Source: Mobula hypostoma (taxonomy: Eukaryota). From it: a stretch of DNA of 64,000 nucleotides. The stretch spans positions 100,380,001-100,444,000 of the forward strand of contig NC_086108.1 of assembly GCF_963921235.1 (NCBI RefSeq). The letters are read 5' to 3'. The notes under the pieces were generated by a model. It was given only the letters and a program-made list of their open reading frames with translations, did not search any database and was not told where the DNA came from. Every line of letters begins with the position of its first letter. The first letter of the stretch is position 1. This document shows, piece by piece, positions 50,228 through 62,400 of this stretch. Made by a program: the position numbers and the translations under genes.

Positions 50228-51256
50228 GGCCACCCGACTAGGAATAGGGTTCCCCTGGTCCTCACCTACCACCCCACCAGCCTCCGGGTCCAACATATTA
50301 TTCTCCGTAACTTCCGCCACCTCCAAAGGGATCCCACCACTAAGCACATCTTTCCCTCCCCCCCCCCGCATTCCGCAGGGATCGCTCCCTACGTGACTCC
50401 CTTGTCCATTCGTCCCCCCCATCCCTCCCCACTGATCTCTCTCCTGGCACTTATCCTTGTAAGCGAAACAAGTGCTACACATGCCCTTACACTTCCTCCC
50501 TCACCACCATTCAGGGCCCCAAACAGTCCTTCCAGGTGAGGCATCACTTCACCTGTGAGTCGGCTGGGGTGATATACTGCGTCCGGTGCTCCCGATGTGG
50601 CCTTTTATATATTGGCGAGACCCGTCGCAGACTGGGAGACCGCTTTGCTGAACACCTACGCTCTGTCCGCCAGAGAAAGCAAGATCTCCCAGTGGCCACA
50701 CATTTTAATTCCACATCCCATTCCCATTCTGACATGTCTATCCACGGCCTTCTCTACTGTAAAGATGAAGCCACACTCAGGTTGGAGGAACAACACCTTA
50801 TATTCCGTCTGGGTAGCCTCCAACCTGATGGCATGAACATCGACTTCTCTAACTTCCGCTAATGCCCCACCTCCTCCTCGTACCCCATCTGTTACTTATT
50901 TTTATACACACATTCTTTCTCTCACTCTCCTTTTTCTCCCTCTGTCCCTCTGAATATACCCCTTGCCCATCCTCTGGGTCCCCCCCCCACCTCCTTGTCT
51001 TTCTTGCCGGACCTCCTGTCCCATGATCCTCTCGTATCCCTTTTGCCTATCACCTGTCCAGCTCTTGGCTCCATCCCTCCCCCTCCTGTCTTCTCCTATC
51101 ATTTTGGATCTCCCCCTCCCCCTCCAACTTTCAAATCCCTTACTCACTCTTCCTTCAGTTAGTCCTGACGAAGGGTCTCGGCCTGAAACGTCGACTGCAC
51201 CTCTTCCTAGAGATGCTGCCTGGCCTGCTGCGTTCACCAGCAACTTTTATGTGTGT
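50228..51256 (+). mobile_element. Penelope-like element 3' portion with an intact GIY-YIG coding segment
   Basis: ORF 50536..50862 reads GVIYCVRCSRCGLLYIGETRRRLGDRFAEH...PDGMN. It is near-identical to ~39200-40226 and ends at the same TATGTGTGT. Confidence 0.92.
51161..51196 (+). ncRNA. Minimal type I hammerhead ribozyme motif
   Basis: AGTC CTGACGA A GGGTCTCGGCCT GAAA CGTC GACT, with stem I AGTC/GACT and predicted cleavage after C51192. Confidence 0.75.
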
Positions 51257-51665
51257 AAGTTAAAGAGCATATTTTCCTGAATGTAATGACTCAAGAAGAC
51301 AGATGATGAAGATGTTAATACAGGTAGGCAGATTGGTGAAGGTGTATGGTATGTCTGCCTTCATAGCCCAAAGCATTTACTTTATCATCCAGCCGAACTA
51401 ATATCCACTGTGACTATGAGAGGCTGGTCATGGAGCATATCAACTTCTGCCTGATAAGTGACTCGTATCCACTCCATTTTTCCTATCATCACAACAGGTC
51501 AACAGCAGCTGCCATTTCATTGGCTCTTTATTGAGCTCTGGAATATCTGGACAGTGAAGATGCATAGATCAGAATGCTATTCATTGGCTACAGCGCAGCA
51601 TTCAATGCTATCATCCCCTCGAAACTAATCACCTAAGCTTCAAGACCTGGGCTTTGATACCTCCT

Positions 51666-52237
51666 CGCAAACACGAGGAAATCTGCAGATGCTGGAATTT
51701 GAAGCAACACACATCAAAGTTGCTGGTGAACGCAGCAGGCGAGGCAGCATCTCTAGGAAGAGGTACAGTCAACGTTTCGGGCCGAGACCCTTCGTCAGGA
51801 CTATCAGCATGAACATTGACTTCTCAAACTTCCGCTAATGCCCCACCTCCCCCTCATACCCCATCTGTTATTTATTTATATACACACATTCTTTCTCTCT
51901 CTCTCTCTCCTTTTTCTTCCTCTGTCACTCTCACTATACCCCTTGCCCATCCTCTGGGTTTTTCTCCCCTCCCCTTTTCTTTCTCCCTGGCCCTCCTGTC
52001 CCATGATCCTCTCATATCCCTTTTGCCAATCAACTGTCCAGCTCTTGGCTCCATCCCTCCCTCTCCTGTCTTCTCCTATCATTTTGGGTCTCCCCCTCCC
52101 CCTCCCACTTTCAAATCTCTTACTAGCTCTTCTTTCAGTTAGTCGTGACGAAGGGTCTCGGCCCAAAACGTCGACTGTACCTCTTCCTAGAGATGCTGCC
52201 TGGCCTGCTGCGTTCACCAGCAACTTTTATGTGTGTT
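51666..52237. mobile_element. Penelope two-arm insertion
   Basis: Inverted tailed arm 51666-51802 ends at the hammerhead; the forward arm ends TATGTGTGT. Exact 14-bp TSD CTTTGATACCTCCT at 51652-51665 and 52238-52251. Confidence 0.9.
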
Positions 52238-53069
52238 CTTTGATACCTCCTTATACAATTGGATCCTCAATTTCCTCACTTGCAGACCCCTGTCCATTCA
52301 GATTGGTAACAACATCTCCATAATGTCCATCAGCAGAGGTGCACCACAAGGCTGTGTGCTTAGACCCTGCTCTGCTTGCTTTACACTTATGACTGTGTGG
52401 CTAAGCACAGCTCCAATTTCATATTGAAGTTTGCAGATGACAGCACTCTTGTTAATCAAATCAAAGGTGGGGATGAATCAGCATATAAAAAGACGATTGA
52501 AAATCTGGTTGAATGGTGCTCTCACTCAACAACAGCAAAACCAAAGTGACGACAAGAGAAAGAAAGCAGAGGTCCATGAGCCTGTCCTCATTAGGGAATT
52601 GGAGGTGGAGAGAGTCAGTAACTTTAAATTCCTTAGCACTTTCCTGTCAGAGGATCTGTCCTGGGACCAGCATGTAAGTGCATTTACAGAGAAGGCACGA
52701 CAACCTTAGAAGCCTTTGCTTTCTCAAGTGTGCGCAGATTCAGCATATTATCTAATACTTTGACAAACTTCAATAGATGCACAATGGAGAGTTTCCAGAC
52801 TGCTTACATCACAACCTTGCATAAAAACACCAATTCCCAGGAACAGAAAATCCTCCAAAAAGTGGTGGATACGGTCCAGTCCATGTCAGGCAAATCCCTC
52901 CTCATCACTGAGCACATTTATAAGATGTGCTACTACAAGAAAGTAACATCCGCCATCAGGGACTACCACTATCCAGGCCATTCTCTTTTTCACTGCTACC
53001 ATCAGGAAGGAGGTACAAGAGCCTTAAATCCCACACCATCCGTTTCAGAAGCAGTTATTACTCTTCAAC

Positions 53070-53593
53070 GTTATTACTCCCATGGCCTCCTCTACTGTCA
53101 AGATGAAGCCACACTCATGTTGGAGGAACAACACCTTATATTCCGTCTGGGTAGCCTCCAAACTGATGGCATCAATAGACTTCTCTAACTTCCGTTAATG
53201 CCCCTCCTCCCCTTCACACCCCATCCCTTATTGTTTATTTTATATATTTTTTATTTTTCCCCCATTTTTTTTCTCCCCCTCTCTTTTCTCCCTCTGTCCC
53301 TCTCACTATAACTCCTTGCCAGCTCTCCACCCTCCGGGCTCCCCTCCCCACTTCTCTTTCTCCCCAGGCTTCCCGTCCCATGATCCTCTCCCTTCTCCAG
53401 CTCTTAGATCCACCCTTCCCCTCCTGCCTTCTCCTATCATTTCAGATCTCCCCACCCCCTTCCCACTTTCAAATCTCTTACTAGCTCTTCTTTCAGTTAG
53501 TCCTGATGAAGGGTCCTGGACCGAACCGTTGACTGTACCTCTTCCTAGAGATGCTGCCTGGCCTGCTGTGTTCACCAGCATTTTTTGTGTGTG
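53070..53593 (+). mobile_element. Penelope 3' fragment
   Basis: HGLLYCQDEATLMLEEQHLIFRLGSLQ, with TSD TTACTCTTCAAC at 53058-53069 and 53594-53605. Confidence 0.85.
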
Positions 53594-53881
53594 TTACTCT
53601 TCAACTGTCAGGCTCCAAACCCACGTAGATAACGTCACTCACCTCAACTGTGAACTGATTCTACAACCTATGGACTCTCTTTGAACGACTCTACAGCTCA
53701 TGTTCTCAGTATTATTTATTTATTTGCCAGATTATTAATTAATTAATTAAATTGCTTGTTATTTTTGTATTTGCACAGATTACCTTCCTTTACACTTTGG
53801 TTGTTTGTCAGTCTTGGTGTGTAGTTCTTTTCCCCCCATTGATTCTACAGTATTTCTTTTTTCTACAGCAAATGCCTGCAA

Positions 53882-55057
53882 GAAACATAGAAAATAGGTG
53901 CAGGAGTAGGCCATTTGGCCCTTAGAGCCTGCACCGCCATTCAGTATGATCATGGCTGATCATCCAACTCAGAACCCTGTACCAGCCTTCCCTCCATACC
54001 CCCTGATCCCTTTAGCCACAAAGGCCATATCTAACTCCCTCTTAAATACAGCCAATGAACTGGCCTCAACTGTTTGCTGTGGCAGAGAATTCCACAGATT
54101 CACCACTCTCTGTGTGAAGAAGTTTTTCCTAATCTTGGTCCTAAAAGGCTTCCCCTTTATCCTCAAACTGTGACCCCTCGTTCTGGACTTCCCCAACATC
54201 GGGAACAATCTTCCTGCATCTAGCCTGTCCAATCCCTTTAGGATTTTATACGTTTCAATATGATCCCCCTTCAATTTTCTAAATTCCAACGAGTATAAAC
54301 CTAGTTGATCCAGTCTTTCATCATATGAAAGTCCTGCCATCCCAGGAATCAATCTGGTGAACCTTCTTTGTACTCCCACTATGGCAAGGATGTCTTTCCT
54401 CAGATTAGGGGACCAAAACTGCACACAATACTCCAGGTGTGGTCTCACCAAGGCCTTGTACAACTGCAGTAATACCTCCCTGCTCCTGTACTCGAATTCT
54501 CTTGCTATGAATGCCAGCATACCATTCGCCTTTTTCACCACCTGCTGTACCTGCATGCCCACTTTCAATGACTGATGTATAATGACACTCAGGTCTCGTT
54601 GCACCTTCCCTTTTCCTAATCGGCCAACATTCAGACAATAATCTGTTTTCCTGTTCTTGTCACCCAAGTGGATAACCTCACATTTATCCACAATAAATTG
54701 CATCTGCCATAAATTTGCCCACTCACCCAACCTATCCAAGTCACCCTGCAAATCTTAGCATCCTCCTCACAGCTAACACTGCCGCCCAGCTTCGTGTCAT
54801 CCGCAAACTTGAAGATGTTGCATTTAATTCCCTCATCCAAGTCATTAATATATATTGTAAATAACTGGGGTCCCAGCACTGAGCGTTGCGGTACCCCACT
54901 AATCACTACCTGCCATTCCGAAAAGGTCCCGTTTATTCCCACTCTTTGCTTCCTGTCTGCCAACCAATTCTCTATCCACATCAATACCTTACCTCCAATA
55001 CCGTGTGCTTTAAGTTTGCACACTAATCTCCCGTGTGGGACCTTGTCAAAAGCCTTC
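53882..55057 (-). mobile_element. CR1 LINE 3' part
   Basis: KAFDKVPH, GVPQRSVLGP, KFADDTKLGG and VRPHLEYCVQFWSP, with tail CTATTTTCTATGTTTCT. Confidence 0.93.
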
Positions 55058-55924
55058 GGGTACCATGATAGTGTAGCAGTTAGCGCAATGCTATTACAGC
55101 TCGGGGCATCGGAGTTCGGAATTCAATTCCAGCATTATCTGTTACGACTCTATACATCCCCCCTGTGGAATGTGTGGGTCTTCTCCGGGTGCTCCATTTT
55201 CCTCCCACATTCCAAAGACATGCCGGTTAGTAGGTTAATAGGTCATTGTAAATTGTTCTGTGATTAGGCTAGGATTAAATCAGGATGGCATGGCTCAAAG
55301 AGCCTATTTTGTTCTGTATCTCAATAAATAAACAGAATAAACAAATAATACGTACTTTTGTCATCAATTTACTTTGAACTTGGAACTTTGATTGGGCTCT
55401 TCCGTTTCTTTCGTGATCAGTTTTTTTATTTTCTGTCTTAGACCATTTACAAAGACACAGGTTAAACAAAACCAAACACACTGTAAGCCATTTTTTATTT
55501 GCAATCTGTTTGAAATCCATACAGCAGGACACAAAGCATAAGTATTTTAGACCTTAAAAGAAAAATAAATAATTTAGAACTCCAATTACCAAATTTTGGG
55601 CAGTGCACATCCATAACTAAAATACCCAATCACAATCACGCAAAAGAGGAATTTATATAGCACTTTTAAAGCAGTAAGATATCAGATTATAGGAGTGTTA
55701 TCAATAAAATATTTACGCCAACCCTCCGGAGATACATCAAGACAGATGATATAAGCCTGGTTGAGAAGGAAGGTGTTAAGTAACATCTAAAAGGAGAAGA
55801 GGAGGGAGACAGACAAGTTTAGCATAGCTCTGAAGAAGAAAACACAGCCATGGATGATGAGGATGAGCAAGGTGCCAAATTTGGAGAAATGTAAATACTG
55901 GAAGACTCATAGTATAGTGGACTT

Positions 55925-56515
55925 ATAGTCCATAAGACAATAAGACATAGGAACAAAATTAAGACATTCATCCCATCAAGTCTGCTGATCCATTCCATCA
56001 TGTCTGGTTTATTATCCCGATCAACCCCATTCTCCCGCCTTCTCCCCATAACCTTTGACAACCTTACTAATCAAGAACCTATCAACATTTTCTTTAAGTA
56101 TACCTAATGACTTGGCTTTAGACCCAGAGATTCACCATCCTCGGGTTTAAGAAATTCCTTCTCTTCTCTGTTTTAAAAGTTTCCTTGTATTCTGAGGCTG
56201 TGCCCTCTGGTCCTCGACTCCTCCACTATTGGAAACATCCTCTCCACATCCACTCTATCAAATTTGATAGGTTTCAGTGAAATCCCTCTCACTCTTCTAA
56301 ACTCTAGCAAGTACAGGCCCAGAGCCAGAAAAATGCTTCTCATATGTTAACCCTTTCATTCCCGGGATCATATTCATGAACCTCCTCTGGATGCTCTCCA
56401 GTGCCAGCGCATTCTGTCTTAGAGAAGGGGCCCGAAACTGCTCACATCACTCCAAGTGCGGTCTGACCAATGCCTGATAAAGCCTCAGCATTACATCCTT
56501 GCTTTTATATTCTAG
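55925..56515 (-). mobile_element. CR1 LINE 3' fragment
   Basis: Same 3' coding end and UTR as the other CR1 copies, with a TCTTATGG-type tail. Similar short 3' fragments occur at ~13475-13750, 13980-14262, 21580-21805, 25750-26125 and 27378-27690. Confidence 0.8.
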
Positions 56516-56601
56516 TTTATAGAGGCAGAGAGAGGCAAGGCAACACTGGAATTTGAAATCAAGATAATCAAATATTGAGGCAATATAGGTAAGGTGCACA
56601 G

Positions 56602-57473
56602 TGTTACGTACCCCGTAACTGGGTTGCCAAACAAGCAGAAATGGATCACTCAGTTGGGAGTCTGGATTACTAGAACTAAGAAAGTTTTATTAAAGAAACA
56701 AGCAACACAGTACTCTAATCAAAAGGATAATAAATGCAACAGTTCAGCAATGATAAACATACATGTACACAGAATTCAGGATAAATCAAGCTCGATCGTT
56801 GTCTAGGGGCAAATGACCAGTTTCAAAGTGACACAAAGTTCAGTCAATTTAGTTCAGTTCGCAGTAATCGCTGCCGTGGCGATGGACAGTGGGGGGGTGG
56901 AGGAGAGAGAGAGCAAAAACGAATGAATATTCAAGGCTTCCACACACAGACCTTCGCAGTCAGCTTTCGGGCGAGTCCTTTGTGATGTCATCTGAGGTCA
57001 CCAACCGTGACCCCTCCGTTTCCAGATACGACCGTTTCTCTGCGTTGAACCTGGCTCCCAGGCAAGGGTGGACACACACCGGGTTCCTGCCAATCGTGCC
57101 TTTCCACCCTGAGCATCTAAGGCTTGATCCCGCGATCAGCCGTCCAAAAGCTTCCCACCGACTTGTGAGAGGCGCACCGCTTCCAGGGTCTCGCTACCTC
57201 GGGTGTCATGTGTGTCCTGCCTTAGCGAGCCTATCCCTTTTTATCCCCCTGCTGGGGTATCGCCTGTCCATCACTTCAAACAGTTCAGGGTTCAAAGGGG
57301 GGGGGCCGCTCTAGACAGCTCTCTCCTTCTGTTATTCTCTCTCCCGTCCATTACACATCTCTAAATGCTGCTCCATTGTTTCCCTTATCTCTCTCTCTCC
57401 CGAAGACAGGTGGCAGACCAACTGCTGATCACACAGGACAGCTAACATCTTATCTATGTGTATTCTTGTCACA
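56602..57473. mobile_element. Solo LTR (872 bp)
   Basis: TGTTAC...GTCACA termini with a 4-bp TSD ACAG at 56598-56601 and 57474-57477. No coding capacity. Confidence 0.85.
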
Positions 57474-57689
57474 ACAGTAAGCTGACATGTGAATATGATC
57501 TAGTGTGCGAGGAGACACAGGTAACTGAGAATGATGCAAGGACTGAGTTATGGAGGGTGTTTGTAGGTGAGGACTTAACTCAGAGCATAATAGAATATGG
57601 GGCAACCTTATGGAGGTCTGTGCGATCATGTCTGTGATTCTTGTACCCCCAATACCATGTGCTTTAAGTTTGCACACTAATCTATGTGC

Positions 57690-58072
57690 CATGTCATATC
57701 ATGTAGGCAATCACGGTCTCTCCATGACCATGATTGTTCATGGCAAATACTTCCACAGAACTGGTTTGCCATTGCCTTCTTCTGGGCAGTGTCTTTAGAA
57801 GTCGGGTGACTCCAGCCATTATCAATCCTCTTCAGAGATTGTCTGCCTGGTGTCATAACCAGGACTTGCAATATGCACCAGCTGCTCATACGACCATCCA
57901 CCACCTGCTCCCATGGCTTCACATGACCCTGATTGGGGGTGGGGGGCGGGCGGGGGTGGCGTGAGGGGGTAAGCAGGTGCTACACCTTGCCCAAGGGTGA
58001 CCTGCAGGCCAGCGGAGGGAAGGAGCACCTTACACCTCCTTTGATAGAGACGCATCTCCACCCCACTACCCC
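57690..58072 (-). mobile_element. Probable RTE-related SINE or non-autonomous element
   Basis: Contains GGTTTGCCATTGCCTTC, a motif typical of RTE/Bov-B-related 3' regions. Family assignment is tentative. Confidence 0.45.
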
Positions 58073-59122
58073 AACATGATGGGGTGAATGAGAATCAACT
58101 TCTTCTTCGGGTTGTGGAACAAAAATTAGGGGGCAGCAGTTTAAGGAAAGAGGGAGGAGATTTAATTGGAAGAACATAAGAAACAGGAGCCACGGTAGGC
58201 CAATAGGACCATGGCTGACCTGAGGGGCAACATTTTCACCCAAAGAGTGGTGAGTGCATGGAATGTGCTGTCAGAGGAAGTGACTGAGGCAGGTGCAGTA
58301 ACTGCATTTTAAAGAATACTTGGACAAGTACCTTTTAATGTATTGAAGGATATGGGCTCAGTGAGGCAAGCGGAACAAGCTTAGATGGAAGTCTTGGTCA
58401 GCATGGTCCACCTGGGCTGAGTGGCCTGTTTCTACACTATATGAATTTATGACTCTATAACAGAGCTTTGAATGAACAGACTTCGGCAAATTTGTTAATC
58501 ACAGTTAACAAAAACATGCCACCAGTGAACTGTGGCAGGGTAAGTCCTGGGCAATATTAATGGTGTACACACTTGCATTGACACATACACTCTCAGATAC
58601 AGAGAGACTGTAACTGCAGATAACATTTTCAGTGGCAAGTTTTTTATGCAGAGAGTGGTAGGTGTGTGGAATGCCCTTCCACGGGTGATAGTAGAGGCAG
58701 ATACATTAAGAACATTTAATAAAATCTTAGATAGGCAATGGATGATAGAAAAATTGAGGGTTATGTAGAAGAGAAAGGCTAGATTAATCTTAGAGCAGGT
58801 TAAAATGTCGCACAACATTGTTGGCTGAAATGCCTGTACTATTCTATGTTCTATGTTTGTTCCATGCCTAATTTTCCTTCTACTTTCTCCTTTCATTATC
58901 CTTTTCCTGCCTTGTCCTTGCTGGAAATTGGCTCCAGAGCTGATATAAGGTCATGTCACTGAAACATTAACATATCTTCTCAGAAGCTGCCAGACCTTTT
59001 GTGTATGGCCTGTACCTTTTGTTGTTGTCTCCAATTTCCACAGGAGAAGCAACAAACTGTATTTTAAGCATTATAAAGTGGCACTATCCATGAATGTTGC
59101 TGAGGCTTGAAAAGGGCAATCG

Positions 59123-59400
59123 TAAACACAAGAGTTTCTGCAGATGTTGGAGATCTTGGAGCAACATACACAAAATGCTGGAGGAACTCGTCAGGTCAGG
59201 CAGCATCCAATGAATGATCCTGATGAGTCCTGGTGAAACGTTGACTCTTCTTTTCCTTGCCTTAGACGCTGCGTGACATGTTGAGTTCCTTCAGCATTTT
59301 ATGGCCTGATGAAGTGTCTCGGCCCAAAATGTTGACTGTTTACTCTTTTCCATAGACGCTGCATGGCCTACTGAGTTTCTTTGGCATTTGGTGTGTGTTG
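59123..59400. mobile_element. Old Penelope terminal insertion: inverted tailed arm plus two tandem hammerhead-bearing units
   Basis: CTGATGAGTCCTGGTGAAACGTTGAC (~59220) and CTGATGAAGTGTCTCGGCCCAAAATGTTGAC (~59306), each followed by AGACGCTGC...GAGTT. Confidence 0.7.
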
Positions 59401-62400
59401 CTTAGCATTTTATTAGTGTTGCTTGAATGGACCAGCCTCAGTTCCAGGCAGTGGTCAAGTCAATAAAGAAAGCTAGACTATTTATGGGTTCTCCACCTCA
59501 CTTCAAAAGGCAGAAAATGCTGACGTGTGTCCACTAGTGGCTTTTGTTTTATTGCACATTACACACCCTTTCATCCCATGCACATGCCTTCGTGTTTTCC
59601 CTGATTCCAATCGCTTTGCATTCAATGTAAGGCTAATCCAGGGATGCTATTTCGACACATGTGGTCGGAGTCTTGCCCGGGACTCATTGGAAACAGCTGT
59701 TGGATATGGCTTTGGGGCAGCTCACAGACGAGGGGATGCACGCCTCGTTTTACAGAAGCTTGATACGTGGTTTTGAAAAAAAGTAAAGCCCCTTCTGTTA
59801 CCATGGGAGTGGAACCTAAGTCCGGGCTGTGACACAAGCACCTGGAGACAGTGCCATGACTTGATCAAGAGTTCATTATGTCTTTAGAAGAGAGAGAAAA
59901 AATGGATTTGTAGCAGCTAATTATTAGTTGCAGATGTTTCAATAATAAACCACTTGAAATACAACCTTGCTGAATTAATAAAATTTGTAGGGGTGCAAGA
60001 CTTATGATCTCGGATAATTTTTACTGTGCAATCTGCTGTTATGAGAGGATATTGCACACCACATGAAACCACAGCTGAGGAATGTAAATCATTTGGAGCC
60101 CTTGGTATATTAAAATTAAATTTAAAAATCTGCCAGAGTCTGATTAGTCCTAATGTATAGACTGATTCCAGCAACAAATCAAAATGCATTTGTAATATTA
60201 CGTAGGGAGATGTTTTGCTGAACTCAGTACCACAGCATTAAATTGCTTCAGTGCAGTCCTTCTTAGAAAAATATACATTTGGTGATTAATAAATCCCTGT
60301 CTTTGAAGAACAAACATCACTGTCAAAATATATAGTGATTCCAGACGTCAGATTCTTTAATGCTTTATAAATGAAATATCATTATATAAGGCCATGATTA
60401 ATTTCCTTGATGTGACTCACTCGGAATGAGCATCGCAGGGTTACATATCACATCTTAGAGAGAAATGTAATCAGTTTTATTCATAAATTGCTCTTTGTCA
60501 GGTTAAAGCGTTATGTAGTATTAATAATTAAATGGAAAGCATGCCTTAAAGGTGAATAATATATTGGGAGATTAGCACAAACACGCAACAAGCAAGATTA
60601 AGTTGCTGTGCCTTCTGATGCTGTGGTTCCCAGGATGTGGGAATCAGTGACTATATTTCAAAAGTAAGTGTACTTCATTGGTTATAAAGCACTCTGGGGT
60701 CATGAAACACCCTATATAAACACCCAGAGTATGCTGGCCCTGGATGGTGCATGTGCTGAACTTCACTATCACAGAGCAAACACCAAGCGCATGTACTGAT
60801 CATACACCATATTTAGTGATGAAGTACAGAACGGGACTTTCTGGCCCAACGACCAACCTATTTAATCCTAGCCTAATCACAGGACAACTTACAATGATCA
60901 ATTAACCTACCAACCGATATGTCATTGGACTGTGGGTGGAAACCAGAGCACCCGGAGGAAACCCACGCATTCATGGGGAGAGCAGACAGACTCCAAACTC
61001 AGACCCCCGAGCTGTAATAGCATTGTACTAAACACTATGCCACCATGGTGCTCCCACGGATATTTGTAAATTCAAACACCAGAACATTGTGCTGCAAATT
61101 TTCCTTCTCCTTAGATTCCTCTTTATTAAGTATTTTCAATTTAAAAATATTATTATTATTTATAATAATTAGGTCATCAGATTTAGATTCAGGTTCTTTT
61201 TATCACGTGATGTGTCATTGGCGTTAACATCCCACACACCAAAGTTATGCTGGAGGCAACTGGGTAAGTGCTGCTATGCACGTTTCTGTGCCAACATAGC
61301 ATGCGCACAATGCTCAGCAGAACAACACAGGCTCAACAACAAAACAGAACACAACGAGTGACAAAACAACAACAGCAGAACAAGCCCCTTTCCTCCCTCC
61401 TTCGGACAGCCCCTGGTCTCCAGGCCTCCAATCTCCAGGCTTCAGCCATCTGGATTTGCCTTCCAATCAGTCTTCTCTCTTCAATCCTGGTTTTGACCCC
61501 CAGACTCTGGGTATACCCTGACTCACTGTCGCTCGTTCCTCCTGCTTGCACAATTGCAAGACCCAACAATATCTGACAGCTCAACATCCACAGATATCCA
61601 TGTCACTGACCTTCGAGCAAGCAGCGGAAACCCAGTCTGCAGACGTCCTTCGTCGCCCATCCATATCTCTGGCTTCTGAGTGCAGAGCGAGAGTCCTTTG
61701 GAATTTTTGTAGTTTTCAGGCCACAACAGGTGGCCAACTTTGGAATCTTTTAGGGACAGCAGCTAGTAGAGCCACTTTCTCAAATCCTCAGAGATCCAGC
61801 TTCAATTCTGACTTCTGGTACTGTCAGTGTGGAGATTACACATTCTCCCTGTGACCATATAGGTTTCCTCTGTGTGTTCTGCTTTCTTCCTACAACCTAA
61901 AGACACGGGGTTGTTAAGTTAATTGACCACTGTAACGTTTCCCTAGAGTGTAGATGAGGGATAGAATCTGGGAGGTGCTGATGGAACGTGGGGAGAATAT
62001 CAATAGAAACACTATCTGCCTGCTTCTGACCAGCCTCTCTCCCTCTCTGTCTTGCTCACTGCTGCCAGAGGGTAGTGCCAGAGGCTTGGGTCTTGGGCAA
62101 GGATTAATTGATGCAGTTTGTGGATTGGACTCTATAGGTTTTTCTGGTTTCTGGTTACTTCTTTTTTCATTGCTATTTTGTGCGATTTTGATCAGAGCAG
62201 ATTACTCTGTGGCCTGCAGTCAACAAACACCACAGCACTAAAATGAAATGAACAGAACTAAACTGAACATTTCTATACTGTTTTAAGGACTCTACGGTTT
62301 GATGTTTTATATTCTGTGAGTTTTTAGCTCACTTTTTGCTGTTTGAGTGACTTGTCCTTTTTTTGCGTATTGGGTGTTTGATGCTTTCTTTGAACAGGTC

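Larger units (their letters stand above)
51400..53880 (+). mobile_element. Degraded Rex1/Babar LINE carrying two Penelope insertions
   Basis: [14 protein letters not shown] and VERVSNFKFL motifs, interrupted at 51666-52237 and ~53070-53593. Confidence 0.8.

Noticed and set aside
50902..51243. Recurrent [15 protein letters not shown] small-protein family
   Set aside because: These are antisense translations of the Penelope terminal repeat, beginning at non-ATG codons.
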